This document shows positions 54,202-64,000 of a stretch of DNA of 64,000 nt, piece after piece. Both the position numbers and the translations under genes were made by a program. How positions within the stretch are numbered: position 1 is the stretch's first letter; every line of letters starts with the position of its first letter. The stretch covers positions 480,001 through 544,000 of the forward strand of contig CBDAOC010000019.1 of assembly GCA_965197925.1 (NCBI GenBank). Reading direction: 5' to 3'. A model generated the notes under the pieces. It did no database searches. It was not told the origin of the DNA and saw nothing but the letters and a program-made list of their open reading frames with translations. The DNA comes from Nitrososphaerales archaeon (GTDB lineage Archaea > Thermoproteota > Nitrososphaeria > Nitrososphaerales > UBA213).

Positions 54202-54801
54202 TTGCAAATGAATTGGGCCTGCGAGATCTGTGGAAGGGTTTTTGGTAGAGGGTTTAGTGCTCAGCGTCATGTAAGGTTAAAACACAATCTTTACGGAAGA
54301 GTTATTGATTATCCTTCTTATCTATATAAGGTGAATACAGGACGCCTTCCCCCGCCTCAGTTGAAGACTGGGCAAAGTCGGAGATCCGTTTTTGCTAGTG
54401 AAAAAATAATGGATAAGATAAATGACGAATTGTACAAGAAAATTGACGAATTTCAAAATAGATTTGTTAAGGATTTAGTAGACAATATTAATTCACATGG
54501 AAACAATGATAGTTCTAATCCTATGGAGATTATAGCAAAATTTGAGCGATTGAACGCCATTATGGACGCATTTGCTAAGAAAAGAGAGAAATCGAGGAGT
54601 GAAGAAGAAAAAGTAAATGATAAAGAAGAAAAAATTATTCTTCCGGATATTGAAGCAGAAGTTGAGCGGTATTACGCCATTCTGGATGCATTTGATAAGA
54701 AAAGAGAGAAATCAAGAAATAAAGAAGAAAAGATAAGGAATAAAGAAGAAAAAAGAGCGAGTAAGGAAGAAAAAATTACTTCCCGAATAATGAAGCAGTG
54801 A
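54202..54801 (+). CDS. C2H2 zinc-finger protein with charged, internally duplicated C-terminus
   Basis: CEICGR.F.R...A.RH...KH; AI.DAF.KKREKSR..EEK x2. Confidence 0.7.
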   Translation: MQMNWACEICGRVFGRGFSAQRHVRLKHNLYGRVIDYPSYLYKVNTGRLPPPQLKTGQSRRSVFASEKIMDKINDELYKKIDEFQNRFVKDLVDNINSHGNNDSSNPMEIIAKFERLNAIMDAFAKKREKSRSEEEKVNDKEEKIILPDIEAEVERYYAILDAFDKKREKSRNKEEKIRNKEEKRASKEEKITSRIMKQ

Positions 54802-55095
54802 AGGAGCAAGTAAAGACCATGATAGAAGCAATTAAAAAGAAAAAAGAAATCAAGGAACAAAGAAGAAAAAATTTAGACAATAATTAGAGACGTAATAAAA
54901 CAGGACGATTGAGTGCTCTTGTTTGATAAATTCATACTGTGTCTTATAATCACCAAATTATTGTTATCCAAAACTCCTTTAGATTCATAGTAATGAGTAT
55001 GTTGTATATGGAAGATGTCTACAATTCTTTTACTATATTCTCCTATGTTATTATCTTCATATTCACCGACGAAGAGTTTGATTGGAGTTCTTATG

Positions 55096-55181
55096 ATAGG
55101 CTTGACCATATAAGTGATGAAACAAGAATATTTTCTTGATGTGCATATAGGCTTGACCATATAAGTGATGAAACAAGAATA
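55096..55181. repeat. 35-bp direct repeat x2 with 16-bp spacer
   Basis: ATAGGCTTGACCATATAAGTGATGAAACAAGAATA at 55096 and 55147. Confidence 0.9.
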
Positions 55182-55689
55182 ACAACATCATTCTGGATTG
55201 ATTCTAGCAAAATAGCACTTCTTATGATAACCTGATTAAGCGGTTGACTTTAGTTTGGACAAGCTGAAAGCAAGTGAAACTGATCTTTCCGTTTCTCTCA
55301 AACCGTTAAAGATCCTATACAATTATTCTACAGATATCTTAAGAGATATGATGAAGAAATAAGACCGTGTAACAAAAAAATAAAGACAAAAAGAATTGTC
55401 ATATTCGCATTGTTCATGCTGGGTGTCTTTGTCGTTGCATTTGATGGTGTTATGATCAATGCATATGCAAATCGTTTGATAATTATTTTGAGGGCGGTGA
55501 AGTATTATACGAGGAACGTAATAGTTTGACCGATGGGGAAGACTTGGACTCGCTAGTAGAAGAATTGCGGGGTATGAAGGGATAAGTCCAGCTGCTCCTG
55601 CAGCAAATCCTATAAAATAGCTTCTCTAAGAAAGTCTATCAAATTTATTGATCATGTCTGTGAACAGTTGTATCACCCAATGAATTGAA

Positions 55690-56727
55690 TCATTCCCACA
55701 CATCAACACCTTTGAGGAAACGTATTGCGTCGATTAGACCCTCAGCATACCCAATGCTTAAAACTGCAAGTTCAGGCTTACCTTGCTCTAAAAACCTCTC
55801 AGCATCCAATATATAATATTTAGCATTCTCAAATATGTTACTGAAACGTGAATCAACATCAACTAATTTCTTTGCACGTTCAAGCGCTCTTCGTGCTTTG
55901 GGCACATATTTCGTGATCATTTGTTCCGCAATTTTGGTTATATTTTTTGAATTGTCCACTGGTTCATCAAGCAGTCTTGTGAATACAGCCAAAGCATCAG
56001 TTTCTGTAAAGTGTAGTGTGGCAGTTATCACAATTGAATGGGGGGGTTCCCCAAAGTCTGTTCCTAGTAAGGATTTGAACTTACCCGATACTATACCTTG
56101 ATCCTCACTACCTATTCTTGAAGCTACAATTGCGAAGGTATCATCAGAAAAAACCCCATGCTTTTGATCTGCCTCTGCTTCCAATAACATTTTAAGAGCA
56201 TCATTTGGTTTAAGGAATAGATTTTTCTCCTGGTTGAATTCCATCAGGAGGAGTGTATGACTTCTCGACAAAAGATTGCTATAAACAGTATAGTAAATAT
56301 TAGAAATTGACTGTATCTCTGATGTCAATGTAATAATCCTTCCAATTTTGTAAATATGTAATCCACATTCACCCATGACTGAGGTTATAGATGAGGATGA
56401 ATGCAGTACGCTGGTCTTTATACCACTTTTCTCAGCTCTTAATCTCAAGTCCATATGTGTTGTTGCCATTAATGGATCTCCATACACTATAAGAGCAACG
56501 TCACTGCTCCTCGATTGTTCTAGAATCTCTCTACCATCCTCAATGAACCATCTGGGTACTACCTTCACATCTTTGTTTAATATTCTCTTTAGACCTACTA
56601 TCTCTGATTCTGGTACAGGACTTGTATATTTTTCAAAATAGATATTCTCAAAGCTTAGTAGGGAGTGCAGGGTCTTGGTACTAAGCCCCGAATATCCATG
56701 AATTCCTAATCCCACCAAAAGAAGCAT
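55690..56727 (-). CDS. dph5: diphthine synthase fused to a DUF357-like domain
   Basis: VGLG, E.YTS, GDPLMATTH, GLH.YK.G, HTLLL, DFGEPPHS; C-terminal Y..DA..F......A..SIGYAEGL.DA. Confidence 0.95.
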   Translation of the reverse strand: MLLLVGLGIHGYSGLSTKTLHSLLSFENIYFEKYTSPVPESEIVGLKRILNKDVKVVPRWFIEDGREILEQSRSSDVALIVYGDPLMATTHMDLRLRAEKSGIKTSVLHSSSSITSVMGECGLHIYKIGRIITLTSEIQSISNIYYTVYSNLLSRSHTLLLMEFNQEKNLFLKPNDALKMLLEAEADQKHGVFSDDTFAIVASRIGSEDQGIVSGKFKSLLGTDFGEPPHSIVITATLHFTETDALAVFTRLLDEPVDNSKNITKIAEQMITKYVPKARRALERAKKLVDVDSRFSNIFENAKYYILDAERFLEQGKPELAVLSIGYAEGLIDAIRFLKGVDVWE

Positions 56728-57017
56728 AAGGATAGAAGAAGGGTGTGTGATAACAAGTTGATATATCTTATCTTTATGTGGAACTCAATTTAAGATCTCA
56801 GAAATTTTGAATTTATCATTGAATTCTAATTGGATTGTAAACAGGATTAGAATCATCATTTGATTAATTCAAAAAATTGCGGTTGATCATTCCCTTACAT
56901 TAATTATTCTACAGGGCAAAATCTAACAACTAGCAAAATCCAAAATATACCAGTATTAAAAAAGGGGTATACTCAGCCGTATTGCTTTAAACAGAAAAAT
57001 AAAATAAATTCTAATCT

Positions 57018-57362
57018 TTAATCAGTGTTGAATGAACTTCCGCAAGCACAGCTCTTGGTTACATTCGGGTTATTTATTTTGAAACCTGTTCCGTTTAAAC
57101 TCTCTATATAATCAATCTCCGTTCCCTTTAGATGACTTACACTGTAATTATCTACCAATATCCTTACACCATTCTCCTCTAGAACCATATCATCCTCATC
57201 CGACTTGTCCTCAAACCCCATTCCATAGGATAATCCCGAACATCCTCCTCCAGATACATAAACTCGCAGGAACAGACCATCTTTACCCTCCTGTTTCATG
57301 AACTCCTTTACCTTCTCTGCTGCCTTTGTAGTTAGTGTTATCCTCTTTTGTACGGTTTCCAT
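57018..57362 (-). CDS. erpA: A-type Fe-S cluster carrier (ErpA/IscA/HesB)
   Basis: GGGCSGLSY, IDY, NPN...SCACGSSF. Confidence 0.93.
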   Translation of the reverse strand: METVQKRITLTTKAAEKVKEFMKQEGKDGLFLRVYVSGGGCSGLSYGMGFEDKSDEDDMVLEENGVRILVDNYSVSHLKGTEIDYIESLNGTGFKINNPNVTKSCACGSSFNTD

Positions 57363-57845
57363 ACTTACATTATTTCACTTATATGGTATAAGAAGGTTTT
57401 GTCGGAAAGAATGGGGCTTTAAGTAACCCCCAGAGGAACCAAAAGGCAATCTAGGCCGACTCGCTGCTACATGAGGTGGAATGTTATCAGTACAGATATT
57501 GATGGGAGTGGTATTGAATTCGCTGTATTATTTTATCAATTAATTCATCAATTATTTCACAGTTTGCCTGTCCTCATCAATCTCCAATACCAGATACCAT
57601 GTTTTCAACTTTCCCTCACATAAAGCAGCCAACGAGAAAAAGAGCATCCGTTGAAGATTATCAGTTGGAGCGTTTCAGTTACATGATCCTTAAGTTACAT
57701 GATCCCCTACAGATCAAGGTACTCTTGAATGGAATCAAGATTCTAAAGAACCCCAGTTAACAAACAACTAATCATGCCCAATGGTTAAGCATTGTTGCCA
57801 GTCCAAGTTAGAAGACTGGTATGCATTAAATAAAAAGTAAGAGGA

Positions 57846-58610
57846 TCACTTTTTCTGCACGAATGCTTTCATTCTTTCTTCTCTATCCTTATGTGTGAAG
57901 CACAAAGACCACCCAAATATCTCTAGCTTGAGTCCAGTGTTTATGTCAGAGTCTATCCCTTTATTCAGAAGCGTTTTTGATACCCTAACTGCAATGGAAC
58001 TATTCTTCGCTATCTGCTTTGCAATGCTGGTGCATTCATCCATAAGCTCTGCCAATTCAGTCACCTTGTTCACCAAGCCCATCTGTAAGGCTTCGTCAGC
58101 TCTTATTTTCTTGCCAGTGAAGATCAGTTCCTTTGCCCTAGCTGGACCTATGATTCTCATCAATCGCTGAGTACCTCCCCATCCAGGACATATTCCTATA
58201 GTAACTTCTGGCTGGCCCATAGCTGCGTTCTTTGATGCTATTCTTATATCACAGGAAAGAGCAAGTTCGCATCCCCCACCCAAGGCATATCCATTAACGG
58301 CTGCTATGACTGGCTTCTTCAAATTCTCAATCTTGTTCAATGTAGCATGACCTGTGAGCGCATATTCTTCAGCTTCTAAAGGAGATATCTTGCTCATGTA
58401 TTCAATATCCGCACCAGCTGAAAATGCCTTTTCACCAGCTCCAGTTATGACCACAGCCTTTACGGCATCATCCTTATCCAGCTCGTCTATTACAATTCCC
58501 ATCTCCTTTATTACCTCGATATTCATAGCGTTAAGCTTCTCTGGTCTGTTTATCCTCACTATTGCGATGTCTTCTTTCTTCTCTACCTGAATGTATTGTT
58601 GTGAACCCAT
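57846..58610 (-). CDS. enoyl-CoA hydratase/crotonase (candidate 3HP/4HB-cycle dehydratase)
   Basis: [45 protein letters not shown]; pathway role is inferred. Confidence 0.92.
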   Translation of the reverse strand: MGSQQYIQVEKKEDIAIVRINRPEKLNAMNIEVIKEMGIVIDELDKDDAVKAVVITGAGEKAFSAGADIEYMSKISPLEAEEYALTGHATLNKIENLKKPVIAAVNGYALGGGCELALSCDIRIASKNAAMGQPEVTIGICPGWGGTQRLMRIIGPARAKELIFTGKKIRADEALQMGLVNKVTELAELMDECTSIAKQIAKNSSIAVRVSKTLLNKGIDSDINTGLKLEIFGWSLCFTHKDREERMKAFVQKK

Positions 58611-58860
58611 GTAACCCTTTCAGATCTGGACCAACTTAAATCTATTGTACAAGGAGTGAAAAGAAAGAATGATTTCCAATTTATTTGGCTATATGAGATC
58701 TTGGTTATTTCCAACCATTAATATTTATGGGCTAACCCACTTCAACAGGACTCGTTCCTAACAGTAATTTTAGGTTTTAAATTTCATATGAAGAAAAAAC
58801 AATTTCGCCACTAAAATCGGTTATAATTGAATGTCGTATAATAATAGATAAATTAACTAT

Positions 58861-59736
58861 CAACTCATCTCAAAACCCTACAATACATCAAAAATGATGC
58901 AGGATTAACAAATGCCAGGTAGTTTTCTGCCGTTCTTTCATACCTGATTCTTGTTCTGTGAAATCCATTCTTGAGCCATGCAAGGAATCTCTCAACTACA
59001 AATCTTGTCTTGCTGTAATGTTTGCAATCATTATTTTGCAAGATGAACTTGGAATTTATTTTGTATGGGATGCAACATGCAATATTTCTATCCCACAACC
59101 ACAAATACATTCTGATGTATTTTGCATCATTTTGTCTGCATAAACTGGTTCTATCTGTTGTATTGAATCATCATCAAGATAGTCTGAAATTGATCCTGTA
59201 ACATCCATGCATTTTGTACTGTCATGTTCATTTGCTGGACTCAACAGTATGGATATTGGAAATCCGTTACCCTCTACTGCGGCATGTATTTTTGTACCTG
59301 TTATTCTCTTGAATCCATTATATCCAGTTACATTGCCCCTTTTTTATCAGGAATGGATGGAGTCAGCTGATTTTTTGTAGATTAATTTTGCCAGATTTAT
59401 GTGCTGAGTGAATAGTACGTGATAGAATCTTTTTCCAGACTCCTTTTTGTTGCCATTTGTTTAACCTTCTGTTTGCAGTAGAATCATCACCATATCTTTT
59501 TGGCATATCGTCCCATCGGCATCTAGTAGTTAGAACATGGATTATTCCGTTAATGATTTTTCTATCATCATCTCTAGGCCTGCCAGTTTTTGCATGTGGT
59601 GGTATGTGTGATTCCATCATACTCCACTGTTTGTCTGATAATTCTTGGAATTTCATAAAATAATTTTAGATGTAGCTATTCATGGATCTAAATGGTCGCT
59701 AAAAATTGTCTAAATGGTTAGTTTTGAGATGAGTTG
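58861..59736 (-). mobile_element. IS5-family element, copy 4 (defective)
   Basis: Same TIRs; flanked by TAT on both sides; extra frameshift in ORF A. Confidence 0.93.
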
Positions 59737-60033
59737 TATAACCAGTTTTTAGATGCTCGAAATCCAGTTTTTCTCTGATGGGGTCTTCATTCTTCTCATC
59801 TGCCCTATACTTGTTAGCAGCAATGCTTAACAGAAAATGCTTAACAGAAAATAACTGCCAAAATCAACCGACCAGTGGGGTTCAGCAGCTAAGGTTTTGT
59901 AAACAAGGCGGTTGAGAGAGGTCGTAAGTAATGGTATACTAGAAAATAAGTTCATACCAAAGGTGAAAATCAAACTCCTAATGAAAACCTAAGAATAGTG
60001 CAGATTAAATATAGGCCATTCAAATTTTTCCAC

Positions 60034-61437
60034 ATGGAAGTTTCTAAAGAGGCACTGATAAAGTTAATGGGAAAAACCAATCAGGCTTCGTACGTTGAAC
60101 TACGTTACCATTCAAGAATACTAAATGAAGTCAAAGTCACTAATGGAGTGCTTGATAGAATCCGTTCTGTCCTAAATGATGGTGTAGGAATACGCGTGTT
60201 GGTTAGTGGTTGTTGGGGTTTCAGCAGCACCAGCGAGATATCAGATGACTCAGTTCTAGGTGCTGCAAAAGACGCTGTGTCAAGTGCAGCTTTGCTTTCA
60301 GACGGCAAGAAACGAAGAGTCGAGAAACTGGCTGATGCCGATCTCGCAACAGGAACATTCAAACTCCCAGTAAATGGCAATCTAGCAGATCACGGCATTG
60401 AAGAAAAGGTCAAGTTGGTAATAGATTCTGAAGCCTTAACTAGAAAGTGTTCCATCAAGATTAAAGCCGCCTCTTGCATTTATAGGGAAACCTTGGATCA
60501 CAAGATAATAGTGAATACAGATGGTGCATCTGTGGAATTGTTCGATTCCAAACCAGAATTTTCAATAACCGCCGTTGCGAAGGAATCTGGAAATACTGCA
60601 ACCACATCTGACGGTGTTGGTATAAGTGGTGGCTGGAAAGATCTCTTCGAAAAAAGAGGTGCTGATGAGATCGCAAAGAAAACCGCGAAGAAGGCCCTAA
60701 AGTTGTTGAAGGCTAAACGACCAAAAGGAGAGCGGACAAAAATAATACTTGATCCTGGAATGGTAGGACTGATTTCTCATGAAGCAATAGGACATACTGC
60801 AGAAGCTGATTTTGTTTTATCAGGTTCTATCGTGAAGGATAAGATAGATAAGCAAATTGCGAGTGAATTGGTTACGCTGGTCGACAGTGGTCCATCACAG
60901 TTCAAGAATGGAGCAGCAGGAACTATATTAGTTGATGATGAAGGTGTAACCGCAGGACGTACAGTAATCATTGAAAATGGGTTTTTGAAATCCTACTTGC
61001 ACAACAGGGAAACCGCTGCGTTATTATCCGCAGAACCAACTGGAAATGCTAGGGCATATGAATATGATAATGAGCCGCTAATAAGAATGCGTAACACCTT
61101 CATAGAGCCGGGATCGTATTCCTACGACGAAATAATCAAGGAAACAAAACATGGGTATCTCCTTAAGGGGGCTAGAAATGGGCAGGCAGATGCCAATGGA
61201 GAGTTCATGTTCGGATCACAAGAAGCGTATCTAATTGAAAGGGGGGAAATCAAGAAGCTTCTACGCGGAGCCAGTATATCGGGACGTGCCCTTGAGGTGC
61301 TAATATCTGTGGATGCCGTTGGTGAGGACTTTGAATATGATATTGGAACTGGCTATTGCGGGAAATACCAACCAATGAAGGTTGATGGCGGCGGTCCTCA
61401 TATTCGATGCGAGGCCATAGTTGGGGGCTTGCAATGA
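60034..61437 (+). CDS. tldD: TldD metalloprotease subunit
   Basis: GIRVL..G.WGF, HEAIGH..EAD, DDEG, RMRNT, C-terminal CGK.Q. Confidence 0.93.
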   Translation: MEVSKEALIKLMGKTNQASYVELRYHSRILNEVKVTNGVLDRIRSVLNDGVGIRVLVSGCWGFSSTSEISDDSVLGAAKDAVSSAALLSDGKKRRVEKLADADLATGTFKLPVNGNLADHGIEEKVKLVIDSEALTRKCSIKIKAASCIYRETLDHKIIVNTDGASVELFDSKPEFSITAVAKESGNTATTSDGVGISGGWKDLFEKRGADEIAKKTAKKALKLLKAKRPKGERTKIILDPGMVGLISHEAIGHTAEADFVLSGSIVKDKIDKQIASELVTLVDSGPSQFKNGAAGTILVDDEGVTAGRTVIIENGFLKSYLHNRETAALLSAEPTGNARAYEYDNEPLIRMRNTFIEPGSYSYDEIIKETKHGYLLKGARNGQADANGEFMFGSQEAYLIERGEIKKLLRGASISGRALEVLISVDAVGEDFEYDIGTGYCGKYQPMKVDGGGPHIRCEAIVGGLQ

Positions 61438-62768
61438 CATTAATTGACATTTGCTCATATGCGGTGAAGGAAGCCTTGAAGCAGAATGCAATTGAGGCTG
61501 AAGCTTTTGCTGCATTTGATAAAGAGGTTGAAGTATTTCTTGAGAATAGCGATCTTAAACAGGTTAAATCCCATAACAAGGGGAGTATAGGAGTAAGGGT
61601 ATTCGTTAACAAATCATTGGGTTTTGCTTCCGTCAATAGCCTGGACAAAAAGAGAGTTCTTGATGCTGTGAGTAGAGCAATAAAGATTGCGAGGGTAAGT
61701 CCCAGGGACAAATACAATGAGTTACCTAAAGTGCGTAAGATCAATCTGTTAAGGGGGATTTATGATTCAAACGCAGAACAGTTCCATCCACTAGATGCCA
61801 CAAAGCACGCAGTAGAAATGCTAAAAACAACTTCTTCTTACGATCCAAGAATAAGTGTTGACAGCGGAAATTTCAATTCATCCCTTATGACACATGCACT
61901 ATGTAATTCAAACGATGCCGAACTTGAAGAGAAGATCAGTGTCTTCTCCTGGAGCATCATGGGTATGGCAATAGATGGAGAGGATGTGTCAAACTTTGAT
62001 TTTCAATTTGATGGTACGCATTCGGTAAAAAAGATTGATGTTACCACTACTTCTAAAGAATTTGCAAAGTCAGTTGTAAGTTCTCTTAATGCAAAGAAAA
62101 TTGATAATTTAAAGGGTACAATGTTGTTGAGCCCAAATGCCGTTTACGAGCTTATGGTTGATTTAATAACCTTTGCAGCCAACTCGCACAACGTTCAGAA
62201 AGGAATTAGTAAATTTGCTAGGAAGTTATGGAAGAAGGTAGTATCTAGCAAGTTGACGGTTGTGGATGATGCTACACTTGTAGAAGGACTTGGTGCAGAG
62301 AGTTTCGATCGAGAGGGAGTCACTCACAACAAGAATGTGTTAATCAAGAAAGGGGAACTGAAAAAATACATGTACAACACCTACACTGCAAAGAAGGACA
62401 AAACCAAGAGTACCGGTAATGCCTCTGGCAGTACTAATTCTCCTCCCTCAGTTGGAAGCACGAACATAATCTTCGAAAGAGGCAATTGTGAGTTAAACTC
62501 AATTATAAATGATATAAGAAAAGGAGTGATTGTGAACAGGTTTTCAGGAAACATCAATCCAGTTAATGGTGATTTCTCAGGTGTAGTTAAGGGGGGACAT
62601 TTGATTGAAAATGGTAGTATAAAAGCTCCTGTTAGAGAGGTAATGGTAGCTGGCAATGTATTTGACGCGTTGAACAACGTTTCGGCAATATCACGCGAAC
62701 AATCTAAGATTTTTGATTCCTTCCTGCCTTACGTAGGTGTAGAGGGAATTTCATTCACGGGCGGATGA
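61434..62768 (+). CDS. pmbA: PmbA/TldE subunit
   Basis: FDREG, STGNA, N.VNGDFS; lacks HExxH; coupled to tldD by ATGA overlap. Confidence 0.92.
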   Translation: MTLIDICSYAVKEALKQNAIEAEAFAAFDKEVEVFLENSDLKQVKSHNKGSIGVRVFVNKSLGFASVNSLDKKRVLDAVSRAIKIARVSPRDKYNELPKVRKINLLRGIYDSNAEQFHPLDATKHAVEMLKTTSSYDPRISVDSGNFNSSLMTHALCNSNDAELEEKISVFSWSIMGMAIDGEDVSNFDFQFDGTHSVKKIDVTTTSKEFAKSVVSSLNAKKIDNLKGTMLLSPNAVYELMVDLITFAANSHNVQKGISKFARKLWKKVVSSKLTVVDDATLVEGLGAESFDREGVTHNKNVLIKKGELKKYMYNTYTAKKDKTKSTGNASGSTNSPPSVGSTNIIFERGNCELNSIINDIRKGVIVNRFSGNINPVNGDFSGVVKGGHLIENGSIKAPVREVMVAGNVFDALNNVSAISREQSKIFDSFLPYVGVEGISFTGG

Positions 62769-63973
62769 CATTGAGAAACAATTACGACATTGTAGTTGTT
62801 GGAGGAGGGCCTGCTGGGCTCTCGGCAGCATATTCCGCAGCTAAAAATGGAGCAAGTGTAATTGTTTTGGAAAGGGATGATGGTATAGCACATAATATAA
62901 GAACAAGCGGTGTTAGCTGGATAGAGGAAATAAAGAGGTTCGGAATAACGGAAGAACATTACAATCCCATACGAAATTACTTGTTCTTCTCCCCACAAAA
63001 CGAGGTTAAGATAGAAGGTGGGAAGCCAAAATGTTGTGTGCTGAATGTGAGGACTACATATCAGCACCTTGCTGTACAAGCCGCAGGTAAAGGTGCTAAT
63101 ATAATGATAAGGGCAAATGTGGTAAAACCCCTGATTGTCAATAACAGAATATCCGGCGTGAAAGTGAATACTCCGAGGGGAGAACTAAACATAACTGCAG
63201 ATCTGGTGATCGATGCTAGTGGATTTAGTTCAGCTGTTGGAAGAAGAATGGGTATAGTTCCTGAATGGAAGAGGTACGGTGTTGGTGCCGAATATGAATG
63301 CTATGTGGATGAATTTGATGACGATACATGGGTACTGATGGTGGGTAGCAATTATTCGCCTGCGGGTTATGCATGGTTATTTCCGGTTGGCAAAAACAGG
63401 GTAAGGATTGGGTTAGGAGTAGGAAGACCAGAATCAAGGGAGGACCCCCTGGAGCTGCTTGATTCAATGCTGGAAAGGAGGCCAAAACCCTTAGACGGGT
63501 TGGGCAAAATAGCACCTCTTGAACTGCACTATGGCTTCATTCCCAACGAAGGATTAAGGACGCATGCGGTTGATGACGGTTTGTTACTTGTAGGTGACTC
63601 TGCAGGGCAGTCAAACCCTCTTGTTCTGGAGGGAATAAGATATGCAATTGAGTTTGGACGTCTTGCTGGAGAAGTCGGTTATAATGCATTGCAAAATAAA
63701 GCCACGAAAGATTCGCTCCAGGAATACGATAAGATCTTGCGAGAGAAGTTACAGAATAAGATTTCAGCCGCATTACGGGTTCAATCACGTTGGTTGAAAC
63801 TTACGGACGATGAATGGGATAAGGAGATAGAAATATTGGGGGATATGAGCATTGATGAGTTCATTGATTTTATCCGTGCAGATTTCAGCATGTCCAAGAT
63901 GTTAAAATTGGCGATGCGTCATCCACAGGTTGCAGCAAGACAGCTCTTCAACATGGTAGCAAAAACAGGGTGA
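62765..63973 (+). CDS. geranylgeranyl-reductase-family FAD oxidoreductase
   Basis: YDIVVVGGGPAG, IDASG, GYAWLFP, VGDSAG..NP...EGI..A. Confidence 0.88.
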   Translation: MTLRNNYDIVVVGGGPAGLSAAYSAAKNGASVIVLERDDGIAHNIRTSGVSWIEEIKRFGITEEHYNPIRNYLFFSPQNEVKIEGGKPKCCVLNVRTTYQHLAVQAAGKGANIMIRANVVKPLIVNNRISGVKVNTPRGELNITADLVIDASGFSSAVGRRMGIVPEWKRYGVGAEYECYVDEFDDDTWVLMVGSNYSPAGYAWLFPVGKNRVRIGLGVGRPESREDPLELLDSMLERRPKPLDGLGKIAPLELHYGFIPNEGLRTHAVDDGLLLVGDSAGQSNPLVLEGIRYAIEFGRLAGEVGYNALQNKATKDSLQEYDKILREKLQNKISAALRVQSRWLKLTDDEWDKEIEILGDMSIDEFIDFIRADFSMSKMLKLAMRHPQVAARQLFNMVAKTG

Positions 63974-64000
63974 ACGAAATTGAAATTCATTCTTACACTC

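Noticed and set aside
55096..55181. Mini CRISPR array
   Set aside because: Only two repeats, a 16-bp spacer, no cas genes; more simply a local duplication

Overview
This is an AT-rich archaeal chromosome segment, most likely Nitrososphaerota (Thaumarchaeota), judged from a CFI-box-CTERM protein, a Dph5-DUF357 fusion, an L30e-NusA-S12-S7 cluster, a stand-alone 5S rRNA, an extra TFB and cupredoxin/secreted proteins. Intact housekeeping genes (uppS, pckA, split transketolase with rpe, ABCE1, carA/carB, purD, dph5, erpA, enoyl-CoA hydratase, tldD/pmbA, a GGR-family reductase) are interspersed with about a dozen IS elements or remnants and several pseudogenes, mostly of surface/secreted proteins. 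Highlight 1: carB is interrupted at codon 25/26 by a 21-nt stop-containing insertion that folds into a bulge-helix-bulge motif, and cutting at the standard BHB positions exactly restores the conserved GEFDYSG motif, making it a candidate archaeal mRNA intron outside cbf5. Highlight 2: a 2.27-kb transposase-less element with perfect 26-bp inverted repeats carries a DNA methyltransferase-HNH fusion whose reading frame depends on a 30x13-bp repeat tract (candidate phase-variable module). Highlight 3: a tRNA-Ser(GCT) has a canonical intron plus a candidate non-canonical intron at about position 7/8. All calls come from motif recognition by eye; no database searches were run.
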